The position numbers and the translations under genes are program-made. The notes beneath the pieces were generated by a model, which was given only the letters and a program-made list of their open reading frames with translations, was not told the DNA's origin and did not search any database. Below are positions 40,401-54,600 of a stretch of 64,000 nucleotides of DNA, in pieces (the stretch's first letter is position 1; every line of letters starts with the position of its first letter). The DNA comes from Eledone cirrhosa. Taxonomy: Eukaryota. The DNA is taken from contig OZ024742.1 of the NCBI GenBank assembly GCA_964016885.1, forward strand, positions 222,828,001 through 222,892,000. Reading direction: 5' to 3'.

Positions 40401-43400
40401 CTATAGTGAAAGAAGCTGTATGGTAGACATAGATGTACAGAAACTCTTCCTCTGCCTGGTAGCTATAGTGAAAGAAGCTGTATGGTAGACATGGATGTAC
40501 AGAAACTCTTCCTCTGTCTGGTAGCTATAGTCAAAGAAGCTGTATGGTAGACATGGATGTACAGAAACTCATCCTCTGCCTGGTAGCTATAGTGAAAGAA
40601 GCTGTATGGTAGACATAGACGTACAGAAACTCTTCTGCCTGGTAGCTATAGTGAAAGAAGCTGTATGGTAGACATAGACGTACAGAAACTCTTCTGCCTG
40701 GTAGCTATAGTGAAAGAAGCTGTATGGTAGACATGGATGTACAGAAATTCTTCGTCTGCCTGGTAGCTATAGTGAAAGAAGCTGTATGGTAGACATGGAT
40801 GTACAGAAACTCTTCTTCTGCCCGGTAGCTATAGTGAAAGAAGCTGTATGGTAGACATGGATGTACAGAAACTCTCCCTCTGCCTGGTAGCTATAGTGAA
40901 GGAAGCTGTATGGTAGACATGGATGTACAGAAACTCTCCCTCTGCCTGGTAGCTATAGTGAAAGAAGCTGTATGGTAGACATGAATGTACAGAAACTCTT
41001 CTTCTGTCTGGTAGCTATAGTGAAAGAAGCTGTATGGTAGATATGGATGTACAGAAAGTCTTCCTCTGCCTGGTAGCTATAGTGAAAGAAGCTGTATGGT
41101 AGACATGGATGTACAGAAACTCTTCCTCTGCCAGGTAGCTATAGTGAAAGAAGCTGTATGGTAGACATGAATGTACAGAAACTCTTCTTCTGTCTGGTAG
41201 CTATAGTGAAAGAAGCTGTATGGTAGATATGGATGTACAGAAAGTCTTCCTCTGCCTGGTAGCTATAGTGAAAGAAGCTGTATGGTAGACATGGATGTAC
41301 AGAAACTCTTCTGCTGCCAGGTAGCTATAGTGAAAGAAGCTGTATGGTAGACATGGATGTACAGAAACTCTTCCTCTGTCTGGTAGCTATAGTGAAAGAA
41401 GCTGTATGGTAGACATGGATGTACAGAAACTCTTCTTCTGCCCGGTAGCTATAGTGAAAGAAGCTGTATGGTAGACATGGATGTACAGAAACTCTTCCTC
41501 TGTCTGGTAGCTATAGTGAAAGAAGCTGTATGGTAGACATGGATGTACAGAAACTCTTCTGCTGCCTGGTAGCTATAGTGAAAGAAGCTGTATGGTAGAC
41601 ATGGATGTACAGAAACTCTTCTGCTGCCTGGTAGCTATAGTGAAAGAAGCTGTATGGTAGACATGGATGTACAGAAACTCTTCCTCTGTCTGGTAGCTAT
41701 AGTGAAAGAAGCTGTATGGTAGACATGGATGTACAGAAACTCTTCTTCTGCCCGGTAGCTATAGTGAAAGAAGCTGTATGGTAGACATGGATGTACAGAA
41801 ACTCTTCCTCTGTCTGGTAGCTATAGTGAAAGAAGCTGTATGGTAGACATGGATGTACAGAAACTCTTCTGCTGCCTGGTAGCTATAGTGAAAGAAGCTG
41901 TATGGTAGACATGGATGTACAGAAACTCTTCTGCTGCCTGGTAGCTATAGTGAAAGAAGCTGTATGGTAGACATGGATGTACAGAAACTCTTCCTCTGCC
42001 TGGTAGCTATAGTGAAAGAAGCTTTATGGTAGACATGGATGTACAGAAACTCTTCCTCTGCCAGGTAGCTATAGTGAAAGAAGCTGTATGGTAGACATGG
42101 ATGTACAGAAACTCTTCCTCTGCCTGGTAGCTATAGTGAAAGAAGCTTTATGGTAGACATGGATGTACAGAAACTCTTCCTCTGCCCGGTAGCTATAGTG
42201 AAAGAAGCTGTATGGTAGACATGGATGTACAGAAACTCTTCTGCCTGGTAGCTATAGTGAAAGAAGCTGTATGGTAGACATGGATGTACAGAAATTCTTC
42301 GTCTGCCTGGTAGCTATAGTGAAAGAAGCTGTATGGTAGACATGAATGTACAGAAACTCTTCTTCTGTTTGGTAGCTATAGTGAAAGAAGCTGTATGGTA
42401 GACATGGATGTACAGAAACTCTTCTTCTGCCTGGTAGCTATAGTGAAAGAAGCTTTATGGTAGACATGGATGTACAGAAACTCTTCCTCTGCCTGGTAGC
42501 TATAGTGAAAGAAGCTGTATGGTAGACATAGATGTACAGAAACTCTTCTTCTGCCTGGTAGCTATAGTGAAAGAAGCTGTATGGTAGACATGGATGTACA
42601 GAAATTCTTCGTCTGTTTGGTAGCTATAGTGAAAGAAGCTGTATGGTAGACATGGATGTACAGAAACTCTTCCTCTGCCTGGTAGCTATAGTGAAAGAAG
42701 CTGTATGGTAGACATGGATGTACAGAAACTCTTCCTCTGCCTGGTAGCTATAGTGAAAGAAGCTGTATGGTAGACATGGATGTACAGAAACTCTTCCTCT
42801 GCCTGGTAGCTATAGTGAAAGAAGCTGTATGGTAGACATGGATGTACAGAAACTCTTCCTCTGCCTGGTAGCTATAGTGAAAGAAGCTGTATGGTAGACA
42901 TGGATGTACAGAAACTCTTCCTCTGCCTGGTAGCTATAGTGAAAGAAGCTGTATGGTAGACATAGATGTACAGAAACTCTTCTTCTGCCTGGTAGCTATA
43001 GTGAAAGAAGCTGTATGGTAGACATGGATGTACAGAAATTCTTCGTCTGTTTGGTAGCTATAGTGAAAGAAGCTGTATGGTAGACATGGATGTACAGAAA
43101 CTCTTCCTCTGCCTGGTAGCTATAGTGAAAGAAGCTGTATGGTAGACATGGATGTACAGAAACTCCTCTTCTGTCCGGTAGCTATAGTGAGAGAAGATGT
43201 ATGGTAGACATGGATGTACAGAAACTCTTCCTCTGTCTGGTAGCTATAGTGAAAGAAGCTGTATGGTAGACATGGATGTACAGAAACTCTTCCTCTGTCT
43301 GGTAGCTATAGTGAGAGAAGCTGTATGGTAGACATGGATGTACAGAAACTCTTCTTCTGCCCGGTAGCTATAGTGAGAGAAGATGTATGGTAGACATGGA

Positions 43401-45699
43401 TGTACAGAAACTCTGCTTCTGCCTGGCAGCTATAGTGAAAGAAGCTGTATGGTAGACATGGATGTACAGAAACTCTTCTTCTGCCCGGTAGCTATAGTGA
43501 AAGAAGCTGTATGGTAGACATGGATGTACAGAAACTCTTCCTCTGCCTGGTAGCTATAGTGAAAGAAGCTGTATGATAGACATGGATGTACAGAAACTCT
43601 TCTTCTGTCTGGTAGCTATAGTCAAAGAAGCTGTATGGTAGACATGGATGTACAGAAACTCATCCTCTGCCTGGTAGCTATAGTGAAAGAAGCTGTATGG
43701 TAGACATAGATGTACAGAAACTCTTCTGCCTGGTAGCTATAGTGAAAGAAGCTGTATGGTAGACATGGATGTACAGAAATTCTTCGTCTGCCTGGTAGCT
43801 ATAGTGAAAGAAGCTGTATGGTAGACATGAATGTACAGAAACTCTTCTTCTGTCTGGTAGCTATAGTGAAAGAAGCTGTATGGTAGATATGGATGTACAG
43901 AAACTCTTCCTCTGCCTGGTAGCTATAGTGAAAGAAGCTGTATGGTAGACATGGATGTACAGAAACTCTTCCTCTATCTGGTAGCTATAGTGAAAGAAGC
44001 TGTATGGTAGACATGGATGTACAGAAACTCTTCTTCTGCCCGGTAGCTATAGTGAAAGAAGCTGTATGGTAGACATGGATGTACAGAAACTCTTCTTCTG
44101 TCTGGTAGCTATAGTGAAAGAAGCTGTATGGTAGACATGGATGTACAGAAACTCTTCTTCTGCCCGGTAGCTATAGTGAAAGAAGCTGTATGGTAGACAT
44201 AGATGTACAGAAACTCTTCTTCTGCCTGGTAGCTATAGTGAAAGAAGCTGTATGGTAGACATGGATGTACAGAAACTCTTCCTCTGCCTGGTAGCTATAG
44301 TGAAAGAAGCTGTATGGTAGACATGGATGTACAGAAACTCTTCTTCTGTCTGGTAGCTATAGTCAAAGAAGCTGTATGGTAGACATGGATGTACAGAAAC
44401 TCATCCTCTGCCTGGTAGCTATAGTGAAAGAAGCTGTATGGTAGACATAGACGTACAGAAACTCTTCTGCCTGGTAGCTATAGTGAAAGAAGCTGTATGG
44501 TAGACATGGATGTACAGAAATTCTTCGTCTGCCTGGTAGCTATAGTGAAAGAAGCTGTATGGTAGACATGGATGTACAGAAACTCTTCTTCTGCCCGGTA
44601 GCTATAGTGAAAGAAGCTGTATGGTAGACATGGATGTACAGAAACTCTTCCTCTGCCTGGTAACTATAGTGAAAGAAGCTGTATGGTAGACATGAATGTA
44701 CAGAAACTCTTCTTCTGTCTGGTAGCTATAGTGAAAGAAGCTGTATGGTAGATATGGATGTACAGGAAGTCTTCCTCTGCCTGGTAGCTATAGTGAAAGA
44801 AGCTGTATGGTAGACATGGATGTACAGAAACTCTTCCTCTGTCTGGTAGCTATAGTGAAAGAAGCTGTATGGTAGACATGGATGTACAGAAACTCTTCCT
44901 CTGCCTGGTAGCTATAGTGAAAGAAGATGTATGGTAGACATGAACGTACAGAAACTCTTCTTCTGTCTGGTAGCTATAGTGAAAGAAGCTGTATGGTAGA
45001 CATGGATGTACAGGAACTCTTCTGCCCGGTAGCTATAGTGAAAGAAGCTGTATGGTAGACATGGATGTACAGAAAGTCTTCCTCTGCCTGGTAGCTATAG
45101 TGAAAGAAGCTGTATGGTAGACATGGATGTACAGAAACTCTTCCTCTGTCTGGTAGCTATAGTGAAAGAAGCTGTATGGTAGACATGGATGTACAGAAAC
45201 TCTTCCTCTGCCTGGTAGCTATAGTGAAAGAAGCTGTATGGTAGACATGGATGTACAGAAACTCTTCCTCTGCCTGGTAGCTATAGTGAAAGAAGCTTTA
45301 TGGTAGACATGGATGTACAGAAACTCTTCCTCTGCCTGGTAGCTATAGTGAAAGAAGCTGTATGGTAGACATGGATGTACAGAAAGTCTTCCTCTGCCTG
45401 GTAGCTATAGTGAAAGAAGCTGTATGGTAGACATGAACGTACAGAAACTCTTCTTCTGTCTGGTAGCTATAGTGAAAGAAGCTGTATGGTAGATATGGAT
45501 GTACAGAAAGTCTTCCTCTGCCTGGTAGCTATAGTGAAAGAAGCCGTATGGTAGACATGGATGTACAGAAAATCTTCCTCTGTCTGGTAGCTATAGTGAA
45601 AGAAGCTGTATGGTTGACATGGATGTACAGAAACTCTTCCTCTGCCTGGTAGCTATAGTGAAAGAAGCTGTATGGTAGACATGAACGTACAGAAACTCT

Positions 45700-48600
45700 T
45701 CTTCTGTCTGGTAGCTATAGTGAAAGAAGCTGTATGGTAGACATAGATGTACAGAAACTCTTCTTCTGCCTGGTAGCTATAGTGAAAGAAGCTGTATGGT
45801 AGACATGGATGTACAGAAACTCTTACTCTGTCTGGTAGCTATAGTGAAAGAAGCTGTATGGTAGACATGGATGTACAGAAACTCTTCCTCTGTCTGGTAG
45901 CTATAGTGAAAGAAGCTGTATGGTAGACATGGATGTACAGAAACTCTTCTTCTGCCTGGTAGTTATAGTGAAAGAAGCTGTATGGTAGACATGGATGTAC
46001 AGAAACTCTTCTTCTGCCCGGTAGCTATAGTGAAAGAAGCTGTATGGTAGACATGGATGTACAGAAACTCTTCTTCTGCCTGGTAGCTATAGTGAAAGAA
46101 GCTTTATGGTAGACATGGATGTACAGAAACTCTTCCTCTGCCTGGTAGCTATAGTGAAAGAAGCTGTATGGTAGACATAGATGTACAGAAACTCTTCTTC
46201 TGCCTGGTAGCTATAGTGAAAGAAGCTGTATGGTAGACATGGATGTACAGAAACTCTTCCTCTGTCTGGTAGCTATAGTGAAAGAAGCTGTATGGTAGAC
46301 ATGGATGTACAGAAACTCTTCCTCTGTCTGGTAGCTATAGTGAAAGAAGCTGTATGGTAGACATGGATGTACAGAAACTCTTCTTCTGCCTGGTAGCTAT
46401 AGTGAAAGAAGCTGTATGGTAGACATGGATATACAGAAACTCTTCTTCTGCCCGGTAGCTATAGTGAAAGAAGCTGTATGGTAGACATGGATGTACAGGA
46501 ACTCTTCTGCCCGGTAGCTATAGTGAAAGAAGCTGTATGGTAGACATGGATGTACAGAAAGTCTTCCTCTGCCTGGTAGCTATAGTGAAAGAAGCTGTAT
46601 GGTAGACATGGATGTACAGAAACTCTTCCTCTGTCTGGTAGCTATAGTGAAAGAAGCTGTATGGTAGACATGTATGTACAGAAACTCTTCCTCTGCCTGG
46701 TAGCTATAGTGAAAGAAGCTGTATGGTAGACATGGATGTACAGAAACTCTTCTTCTGCCCGGTAGCTATAGTGAAAGAAGCTGTATGGTAGACATGGATG
46801 TACAGAAACTCTTCCTCTGTCTGGTAGCTATAGTGAAAGAAGCTGTATGGTAGACATGGATGTACAGAAACTCTTCTTCTGCCCGGTAGCTATAGTGAAA
46901 GAAGCTGTATGGTAGACATAGATGTACAGAAACTCTTCTTCTGCCTGGTAGCTATAGTGAAAGAAGCTGTATGGTAGACATGGATGTACAGAAACTCTTC
47001 CTCTGCCTGGTAGCTATAGTGAAAGAAGCTGTATGGTAGACATGGATGTACAGAAACTCTTCTTCTGTCTGGTAGCTATAGTGAAAGAAGCTGTATGGTA
47101 GACATGGATGTACAGAAACTCATCCTCTGCCTGGTAGCTATAGTGAAAGAAGCTGTATGGTAGACATAGATGTACAGAAACTCTTCTGCCTGGTAGCTAT
47201 AGTGAAAGAAGCTGTATGGTAGACATAGATGTACAGAAACTCTTCTGCTGCCTGGTAGCTATAGTGAAAGAAGCTGTATGGTAGACATGAATGTACAGAA
47301 ACTCTTCTTCTGTCTGGTAGCTATAGTGAAAGAAGCTGTATGGTAGATATGGATGTACAGAAACTCTTCCTCTGCCTGGTAGCTATAGTGAAAGAAGCTG
47401 TATGGTAGACATGGATGTACAGAAACTCTTCCTCTGTCTGGTAGCTATAGTGAAAGAAGCTGTATGGTAGACATGGATGTACAGAAACTCTTTCTCTGCC
47501 TGGTAGCTATAGTGAAAGAAGCTTTATGGTAGACATGGATGTACAGAAACTCTTCCTCTGCCTGGTAGCTATAGTGAAAGAAGCTGTATGGTAGACATGG
47601 ATGTACAGAAACTCTTCCTCTGCCTGGTAGCTATAGTGAAAGAAGCTGTATGGTAGACATGAATGTACAGAAACTCTTCTTCTGTTTGGTAGCTATAGTG
47701 AAAGAAGCTGTATGGTAGACATGGATGTACAGAACGTCTTCTTCTGTTTGGTAGCTATAGTTAAAGAAGCTGTATGGTAGACATGGATGTACAGAAACTC
47801 TTCTTCTGCCTGGTAGCTATAGTGAAAGAAGCTTTATGGTAGACATGGATGTACAGAAACTCTTCCTCTGCCTGGTAGCTATAGTGAAAGAAGCTGTATG
47901 GTAGACATAGATGTACAGAAACTCTTCTTCTGCCTGGTAGCTATAGTGAAAGAAGCTGTATGGTAGACATGGATGTACAGAAATTCTTCGTCTGCCTGGT
48001 AGCTATAGTGAAAGAAGCTGTATGGTAGACATGGATGTACAGAAACTCTTCTTCTGCCTGGTAGCTATAGTGAAAGAAGCTGTATGGTAGACATGGATGT
48101 ACAGAAACTCTTCCTCTGCCTGGTAGCTATAGTGAAAGAATCTGTATGGTAGACATGGATGTACAGAAACTCTTCCTCTGCCTGGTAGCTATAGTGAAAG
48201 AAGCTTTATGGTAGACATGGATGTACAGAAACTCTTCCTCTGCCTGGTAGCTATAGTGAAAGAAGCTGTATGGTAGACATGGATGTACAGAAACTCTTCC
48301 TCTATCTGGTAGCTATAGTGAAAGAAGCTGTATGGTAGACATGGATGTACAGAAACTCTTCTTCTGCCCGGTAGCTATAGTGAAAGAAGCTGTATGGTAG
48401 ACATGGATGTACAGAAACTCTTCTGTCTGGTAGCTATAGTGAAAGAAGCTGTATGGTAGACATGGATGTACAGAAACTCTTCTTCTGCCCGGTAGCTATA
48501 GTGAAAGAAGCTGTATGGTAGACATAGATGTACAGAAACTCTTCCTCTGCCTGGTAGCTATAGTGAAAGAAGCTGTATGGTAGACATGGATGTACAGAAA

Positions 48601-51600
48601 CTCTTCTTCTGTCTGGTAGCTATAGTCAAAGAAGCTGTATGGTAGACATGGATGTACAGAAACTCATCCTCTGCCTGGTAGCTATAGTGAAAGAAGCTGT
48701 ATGGTAGACATAGACGTACAGAAACTCTTCTGCCTGGTAGCTATAGTGAAAGAAGCTGTATGGTAGACATGGATGTACAGAAATTCTTCGTCTGCCTGGT
48801 AGCTATAGTGAAAGAAGCTGTATGGTAGACATGGATGTACAGAAACTCTTCTTCTGCCCGGTAGCTATAGTGAAAGAAGCTGTATGGTAGACATGGATGT
48901 ACAGAAACTCTCCCTCTGCCTGGTAGCTATAGTGAAAGAAGCTGTATGGTAGACATGAATGTACAGAAACTCTTCTTCTGTCTGGTAGCTATAGTGAAAG
49001 AAGCTGTATGGTAGATATGGATGTACAGAAAGTCTTCCTCTGCCTGGTAGCTATAGTGAAGGAAGCTGTATGGTAGACATGGATGTACAGAAACTCTTCC
49101 TCTGCCTGGTAACTATAGTGAAAGAAGCTGTATGGTAGACATGGATGTACAGAAACTCTTCTTCTGTCTGGTAGCTATAGTGAAAGAAGCTGTATGGTAG
49201 ATATGGATGTACAGAAAGTCTTCCTCTGCCTGGTAGCTATAGTGAAAGAAGCTGTATGGTAGACATGGATGTACAGAAACTCTTCTGCTGCCAGGTAGCT
49301 ATAGTGAAAGAAGCTGTATGGTAGACATGGATGTACAGAAACTCTTCCTCTGTCTGGTAGCTATAGTGAAAGAAGCTGTATGGTAGACATGGATGTACAG
49401 AAACTCTTCTTCTGCCCGGTAGCTATAGTGAAAGAAGCTGTATGGTAGACATGGATGTACAGAAACTCTTCCTCTGTCTGGTAGCTATAGTGAAAGAAGC
49501 TGTATGGTAGACATGGATGTACAGAAACTCTTCTGCTGCCTGGTAGCTATAGTGAAAGAAGCTGTATGGTAGACATGGATGTACAGAAACTCTTCTGCTG
49601 CCTGGTAGCTATAGTGAAAGAAGCTGTATGGTAGACATGGATGTACAGAAACTCTTCCTCTGTCTGGTAGCTATAGTGAAAGAAGCTGTATGGTAGACAT
49701 GGATGTACAGAAACTCTTCTTCTGCCCGGTAGCTATAGTGAAAGAAGCTGTATGGTAGACATGGATGTACAGAAACTCTTCCTCTGTCTGGTAGCTATAG
49801 TGAAAGAAGCTGTATGGTAGACATGGATGTACAGAAACTCTTCTGCTGCCTGGTAGCTATAGTGAAAGAAGCTGTATGGTAGACATGGATGTACAGAAAC
49901 TCTTCTGCTGCCTGGTAGCTATAGTGAAAGAAGCTGTATGGTAGACATGGATGTACAGAAACTCTTCCTCTGCCTGGTAGCTATAGTGAAAGAAGCTTTA
50001 TGGTAGACATGGATGTACAGAAACTCTTCCTCTGCCTGGTAGCTATAGTGAAAGAAGCTTTATGGTAGACATGGATGTACAGAAACTCTTCCTCTGCCCG
50101 GTAGCTATAGTGAAAGAAGCTGTATGGTAGACATGGATGTACAGAAACTCTTCTGCCTGGTAGCTATAGTGAAAGAAGCTGTATGGTAGACATGGATGTA
50201 CAGAAATTCTTCGTCTGCCTGGTAGCTATAGTGAAAGAAGCTGTATGGTAGACATGAATGTACAGAAACTCTTCTTCTGTTTGGTAGCTATAGTGAAAGA
50301 AGCTGTATGGTAGACATGGATGTACAGAAACTCTTCTTCTGCCTGGTAGCTATAGTGAAAGAAGCTTTATGGTAGACATGGATGTACAGAAACTCTTCCT
50401 CTGCCTGGTAGCTATAGTGAAAGAAGCTGTATGGTAGACATAGATGTACAGAAATTCTTCGTCTGCCTGGTAGCTATAGTGAAAGAAGCTGTATGGTAGA
50501 CATGGATGTACAGAAACTCTTCCTCTGCCTGGTAGCTATAGTGAAAGAAGCTGTATGGTAGACATGGATGTACAGAAACTCTTCCTCTGCCTGGTAGCTA
50601 TAGTGAAAGAAGCTTTATGGTAGACATGGATGTACAGAAACTCTTCCTCTGCCTGGTAGCTATAGTGAAAGAAGCTGTATGGTAGACATGGATGTACAGA
50701 AACTCTTCCTCTGCCTGGTAGCTATAGTGAAAGAAGCTGTATGGTAGACATGGATGTACAGAAACTCTTCCTCTGTCTGGTAGCTATAGTGAAAGAAGCT
50801 GTATGGTAGACATGGATGTACAGAAACTCTTCTTCTGCCCGGTAGCTATAGTGAAAGAAGCTCTATGGTAGACATAGATGTACAGAAACTCTTCTTCTGC
50901 CTGGTAGCTATAGTGAAAGAAGCTGTATGGTAGACATGGATGTACAGAAACTCTTCCTCTGCCTGGTAGCTATAGTGAAAGAAGCTGTATGATAGACATG
51001 GATGTACAGAAACTCTTCTTCTGTCTGGTAGCTATAGTCAAAGAAGCTGTATGGTAGACATGGATGTACAGAAACTCATCCTCTGCCTGGTAGCTATAGT
51101 GAAAGAAGCTGTATGGTAGACATAGATGTACAGAAACTCTTCTGCCTGGTAGCTATAGTGAAAGAAGCTGTATGGTAGACATGGATGTACAGAAATTCTT
51201 CGTCTGCCTGGTAGCTATAGTGAAAGAAGCTGTATGGTAGACATGAATGTACAGAAACTCTTCTTCTGTCTGGTAGCTATAGTGAAAGAAGCTGTATGGT
51301 AGATATGGATGTACAGAAACTCTTCCTCTGTCTGGTAGCTATAGTGAAAGAAGCTGTATGGTAGACATAGATGTACAGAAACTCTTCTTCTGCCTGGTAG
51401 CTATAGTGAAAGAAGCTGTATGGTAGACATGGATGTACAGAAACTCTTACTCTGTCTGGTAGCTATAGTGAAAGAAGCTGTATGGTAGACATGGATGTAC
51501 AGAAACTCTTCCTCTGTCTGGTAGCTATAGTGAAAGAAGCTGTATGGTAGACATGGATGTACAGAAACTCTTCTTCTGCCTGGTAGCTATAGTGAAAGAA

Positions 51601-54600
51601 GCTGTATGGTAGACATGGATGTACAGAAACTCTTCTTCTGCCCGGTAGCTATAGTGAAAGAAGCTGTATGGTAGACATGGATGTACAGAAACTCTTCTTC
51701 TGCCTGGTAGCTATAGTGAAAGAAGCTTTATGGTAGACATGGATGTACAGAAACTCTTCCTCTGCCTGGTAGCTATAGTGAAAGAAGCTGTATGGTAGAC
51801 ATAGATGTACAGAAACTCTTCTTCTGCCTGGTAGCTATAGTGAAAGAAGCTGTATGGTAGACATGGATGTACAGAAACTCTTCCTCTGCCTGGTAGCTAT
51901 AGTGAAAGAAGCTGTATGGTAGACATGGATGTACAGAAACTCTTCCTCTGTCTGGTAGCTATAGTGAAAGAAGCTGTATGGTAGACATGGATGTACAGAA
52001 ACTCTTCTTCTGCCTGGTAGCTATAGTGAAAGAAGCTGTATGGTAGACATGGATATACAGAAACTCTTCTTCTGCCCGGTAGCTATAGTGAAAGAAGCTG
52101 TATGGTAGACATGGATGTACAGGAACTCTTCTGCCCGGTAGCTATAGTGAAAGAAGCTGTATGGTAGACATGGATGTACAGAAAGTCTTCCTCTGCCTGG
52201 TAGCTATAGTGAAAGAAGCTGTATGGTAGACATGGATGTACAGAAACTCTTCCTCTGTCTGGTAGCTATAGTGAAAGAAGCTGTATGGTAGACATGTATG
52301 TACAGAAACTCTTCCTCTGCCTGGTAGCTATAGTGAAAGAAGCTGTATGGTAGACATGGATGTACAGAAACTCTTCTTCTGCCCGGTAGCTATAGTGAAA
52401 GAAGCTGTATGGTAGACATGGATGTACAGAAACTCTTCCTCTGTCTGGTAGCTATAGTGAAAGAAGCTGTATGGTAGACATGGATGTACAGAAACTCTTC
52501 TTCTGCCCGGTAGCTATAGTGAAAGAAGCTGTATGGTAGACATAGATGTACAGAAACTCTTCTTCTGCCTGGTAGCTATAGTGAAAGAAGCTGTATGGTA
52601 GACATGGATGTACAGAAACTCTTCCTCTGCCTGGTAGCTATAGTGAAAGAAGCTGTATGGTAGACATGGATGTACAGAAACTCTTCTTCTGTCTGGTAGC
52701 TATAGTGAAAGAAGCTGTATGGTAGACATGGATGTACAGAAACTCATCCTCTGCCTGGTAGCTATAGTGAAAGAAGCTGTATGGTAGACATAGATGTACA
52801 GAAACTCTTCTGCCTGGTAGCTATAGTGAAAGAAGCTGTATGGTAGACATGGATGTACAGAAATTCTTCGTCTGCCTGGTAGCTATAGTGAAAGAAGCTG
52901 TATGGTAGACATGAATGTACAGAAACTCTTCTTCTGTCTGGTAGCTATAGTGAAAGAAGCTGTATGGTAGATATGGATGTACAGAAACTCTTCCTCTGCC
53001 TGGTAGCTATAGTGAAAGAAGCTGTATGGTAGACATGGATGTACAGAAACTCTTCCTCTGTCTGGTAGCTATAGTGAAAGAAGCTGTATGGTAGACATGG
53101 ATGTACAGAAACTCTTCTTCTGCCTGGTAGCTATAGTGAAAGAAGCTGTATGGTAGACATGGATGTACAGAAACTCTTCTTCTGTCTGGTAGCTATAGTG
53201 AAAGAAGCTGTATGGTAGACATGGATGTACAGAAACTCTTTCTCTGCCTGGTAGCTATAGTGAAAGAAGCTGTATGGTAGACATGGATGTACAGAAACTC
53301 TTCTTCTGCCTGGTAGCTATAGTGAAAGAAGCTGTATGGTAGACATGGATGTACAGAAACTCTTCTTCTGTCTGGTAGCTATAGTGAAAGAAGCTGTATG
53401 GTAGACATGGATGTACAGAAACTCTTTCTCTGCCTGGTAGCTATAGTGAAAGAAGCTTTATGGTAGACATGGATGTACAGAAACTCTTCCTCTGCCTGGT
53501 AGCTATAGTGAAAGAAGCTGTATGGTAGACATGGATGTACAGAAACTCTTCCTCTGCCTGGTAGCTATAGTGAAAGAAGCTGTATGGTAGACATGAATGT
53601 ACAGAAACTCTTCTTCTGTTTGGTAGCTATAGTGAAAGAAGCTGTATGGTAGACATGGATGTACAGAACGTCTTCTTCTGTTTGGTAGCTATAGTTAAAG
53701 AAGCTGTATGGTAGACATGGATGTACAGAAACTCTTCTTCTGCCTGGTAGCTATAGTGAAAGAAGCTTTATGGTAGACATGGATGTACAGAAACTCTTCC
53801 TCTGCCTGGTAGCTATAGTGAAAGAAGCTGTATGGTAGACATAGATGTACAGAAACTCTTCTTCTGCCTGGTAGCTATAGTGAAAGAAGCTGTATGGTAG
53901 ACATGGATGTACAGAAATTCTTCGTCTGCCTGGTAGCTATAGTGAAAGAAGCTGTATGGTAGACATGGATGTACAGAAACTCTTCCTCTGCCTGGTAGCT
54001 ATAGTGAAAGAATCTGTATGGTAGACATGGATGTACAGAAACTCTTCCTCTGCCTGGTAGCTATAGTGAAAGAAGCTTTATGGTAGACATGGATGTACAG
54101 AAACTCTTCCTCTGCCTGGTAGCTATAGTGAAAGAAGCTGTATGGTAGACATGGATGTACAGAAACTCTTCCTCTATCTGGTAGCTATAGTGAAAGAAGC
54201 TGTATGGTAGACATGGATGTACAGAAACTCTTCTTCTGCCCGGTAGCTATAGTGAAAGAAGCTGTATGGTAGACATGGATGTACAGAAACTCTTCTGTCT
54301 GGTAGCTATAGTGAAAGAAGCTGTATGGTAGACATGGATGTACAGAAACTCTTCTTCTGCCCGGTAGCTATAGTGAAAGAAGCTGTATGGTAGACATAGA
54401 TGTACAGAAACTCTTCCTCTGCCTGGTAGCTATAGTGAAAGAAGCTGTATGGTAGACATGGATGTACAGAAACTCTTCTTCTGTCTGGTAGCTATAGTCA
54501 AAGAAGCTGTATGGTAGACATGGATGTACAGAAACTCATCCTCTGCCTGGTAGCTATAGTGAAAGAAGCTGTATGGTAGACATAGACGTACAGAAACTCT

